A DNA stretch of 64,000 bases from Lytechinus pictus (Eukaryota). The stretch spans positions 23,810,001 through 23,874,000 of the forward strand of contig NC_087245.1 of the NCBI RefSeq assembly GCF_037042905.1, given 5' to 3'. The notes beneath the pieces were generated by a model. That model was not told the origin of the DNA. It did no database searches and worked only from the letters and a program-made list of their open reading frames with translations. Position 1 is the first letter of the stretch. Every line of letters starts with the position of its first letter. The position numbers were made by a program, and so were the translations under genes. Positions 63,705 to 64,000 of the stretch are shown piece by piece.

Positions 63705-64000
63705 GCTCGTTTTGCAGCTTTTCAATTCAGACCTCATCCAACACTTGAATCCTGCTCTTTTCGTAATGGCATGATCATAACAATCATGGTATCATTTTAA
63801 AGAGAATAAAATGATCTGTTGAATGATATCAAATATGCATTGCGTAAAATTGGGAGTTGAGAGAAATTAATGGCCAAACTCAGATTTCCCAACTTTTGTG
63901 CTCTTTTTGCAGCTTTTCAATTTAGACCTCATCCAACACTTTTGAATCCTGCTCTTTTCGTGATGGCATGATCATAACAAGCATGGCATCATTGTAAAGA
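63705..64000 (+). repeat. Direct repeat, period ~195 bp, running off the window
   Basis: ttttgcagcttttcaatt..gacctcatccaacac..atggcatgatcataacaa at ~63710 and ~63905. Confidence 0.8.

Overview
AT-rich, repeat-dense eukaryotic DNA with spliceosomal introns. The repeat style suggests an invertebrate deuterostome, possibly a sea urchin (inference). No prokaryotic operons, CRISPR arrays or rRNA are visible. (1) Positions 1-17.6 kb are a ~10.7-kb tandem duplication. Each unit carries an intronless minus-strand ~1100-aa gene with signal peptide, LRRNT, roughly 30 LRRs, LRRCT, one Ig-like domain and a hydrophobic C-terminal tail with no signalling domain. The copies are ~97% identical in protein, with replacements clustered in a few LRRs. 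Copy 1 carries several TA>TACATGTA/TACTGTA insertions that look like Tc1/mariner excision footprints; two are in frame inside the CDS. (2) Small plus-strand exons at 26.9, 27.3, 38.8, 44.2 and 44.8 kb suggest the 3' end of an unidentified gene, possibly with the LRR genes nested in one of its introns. (3) A 4.16-kb near-perfect foldback element with TAT..ATA ends and a 6-bp TSD lies at 34591-38747. (4) Many non-autonomous DNA transposons are present, several nested. (5) Five coding exons of a plus-strand ankyrin-repeat gene start at 56625 and the gene runs off the window end. Superfamily labels come only from terminus/TSD patterns; no transposase ORF was found.
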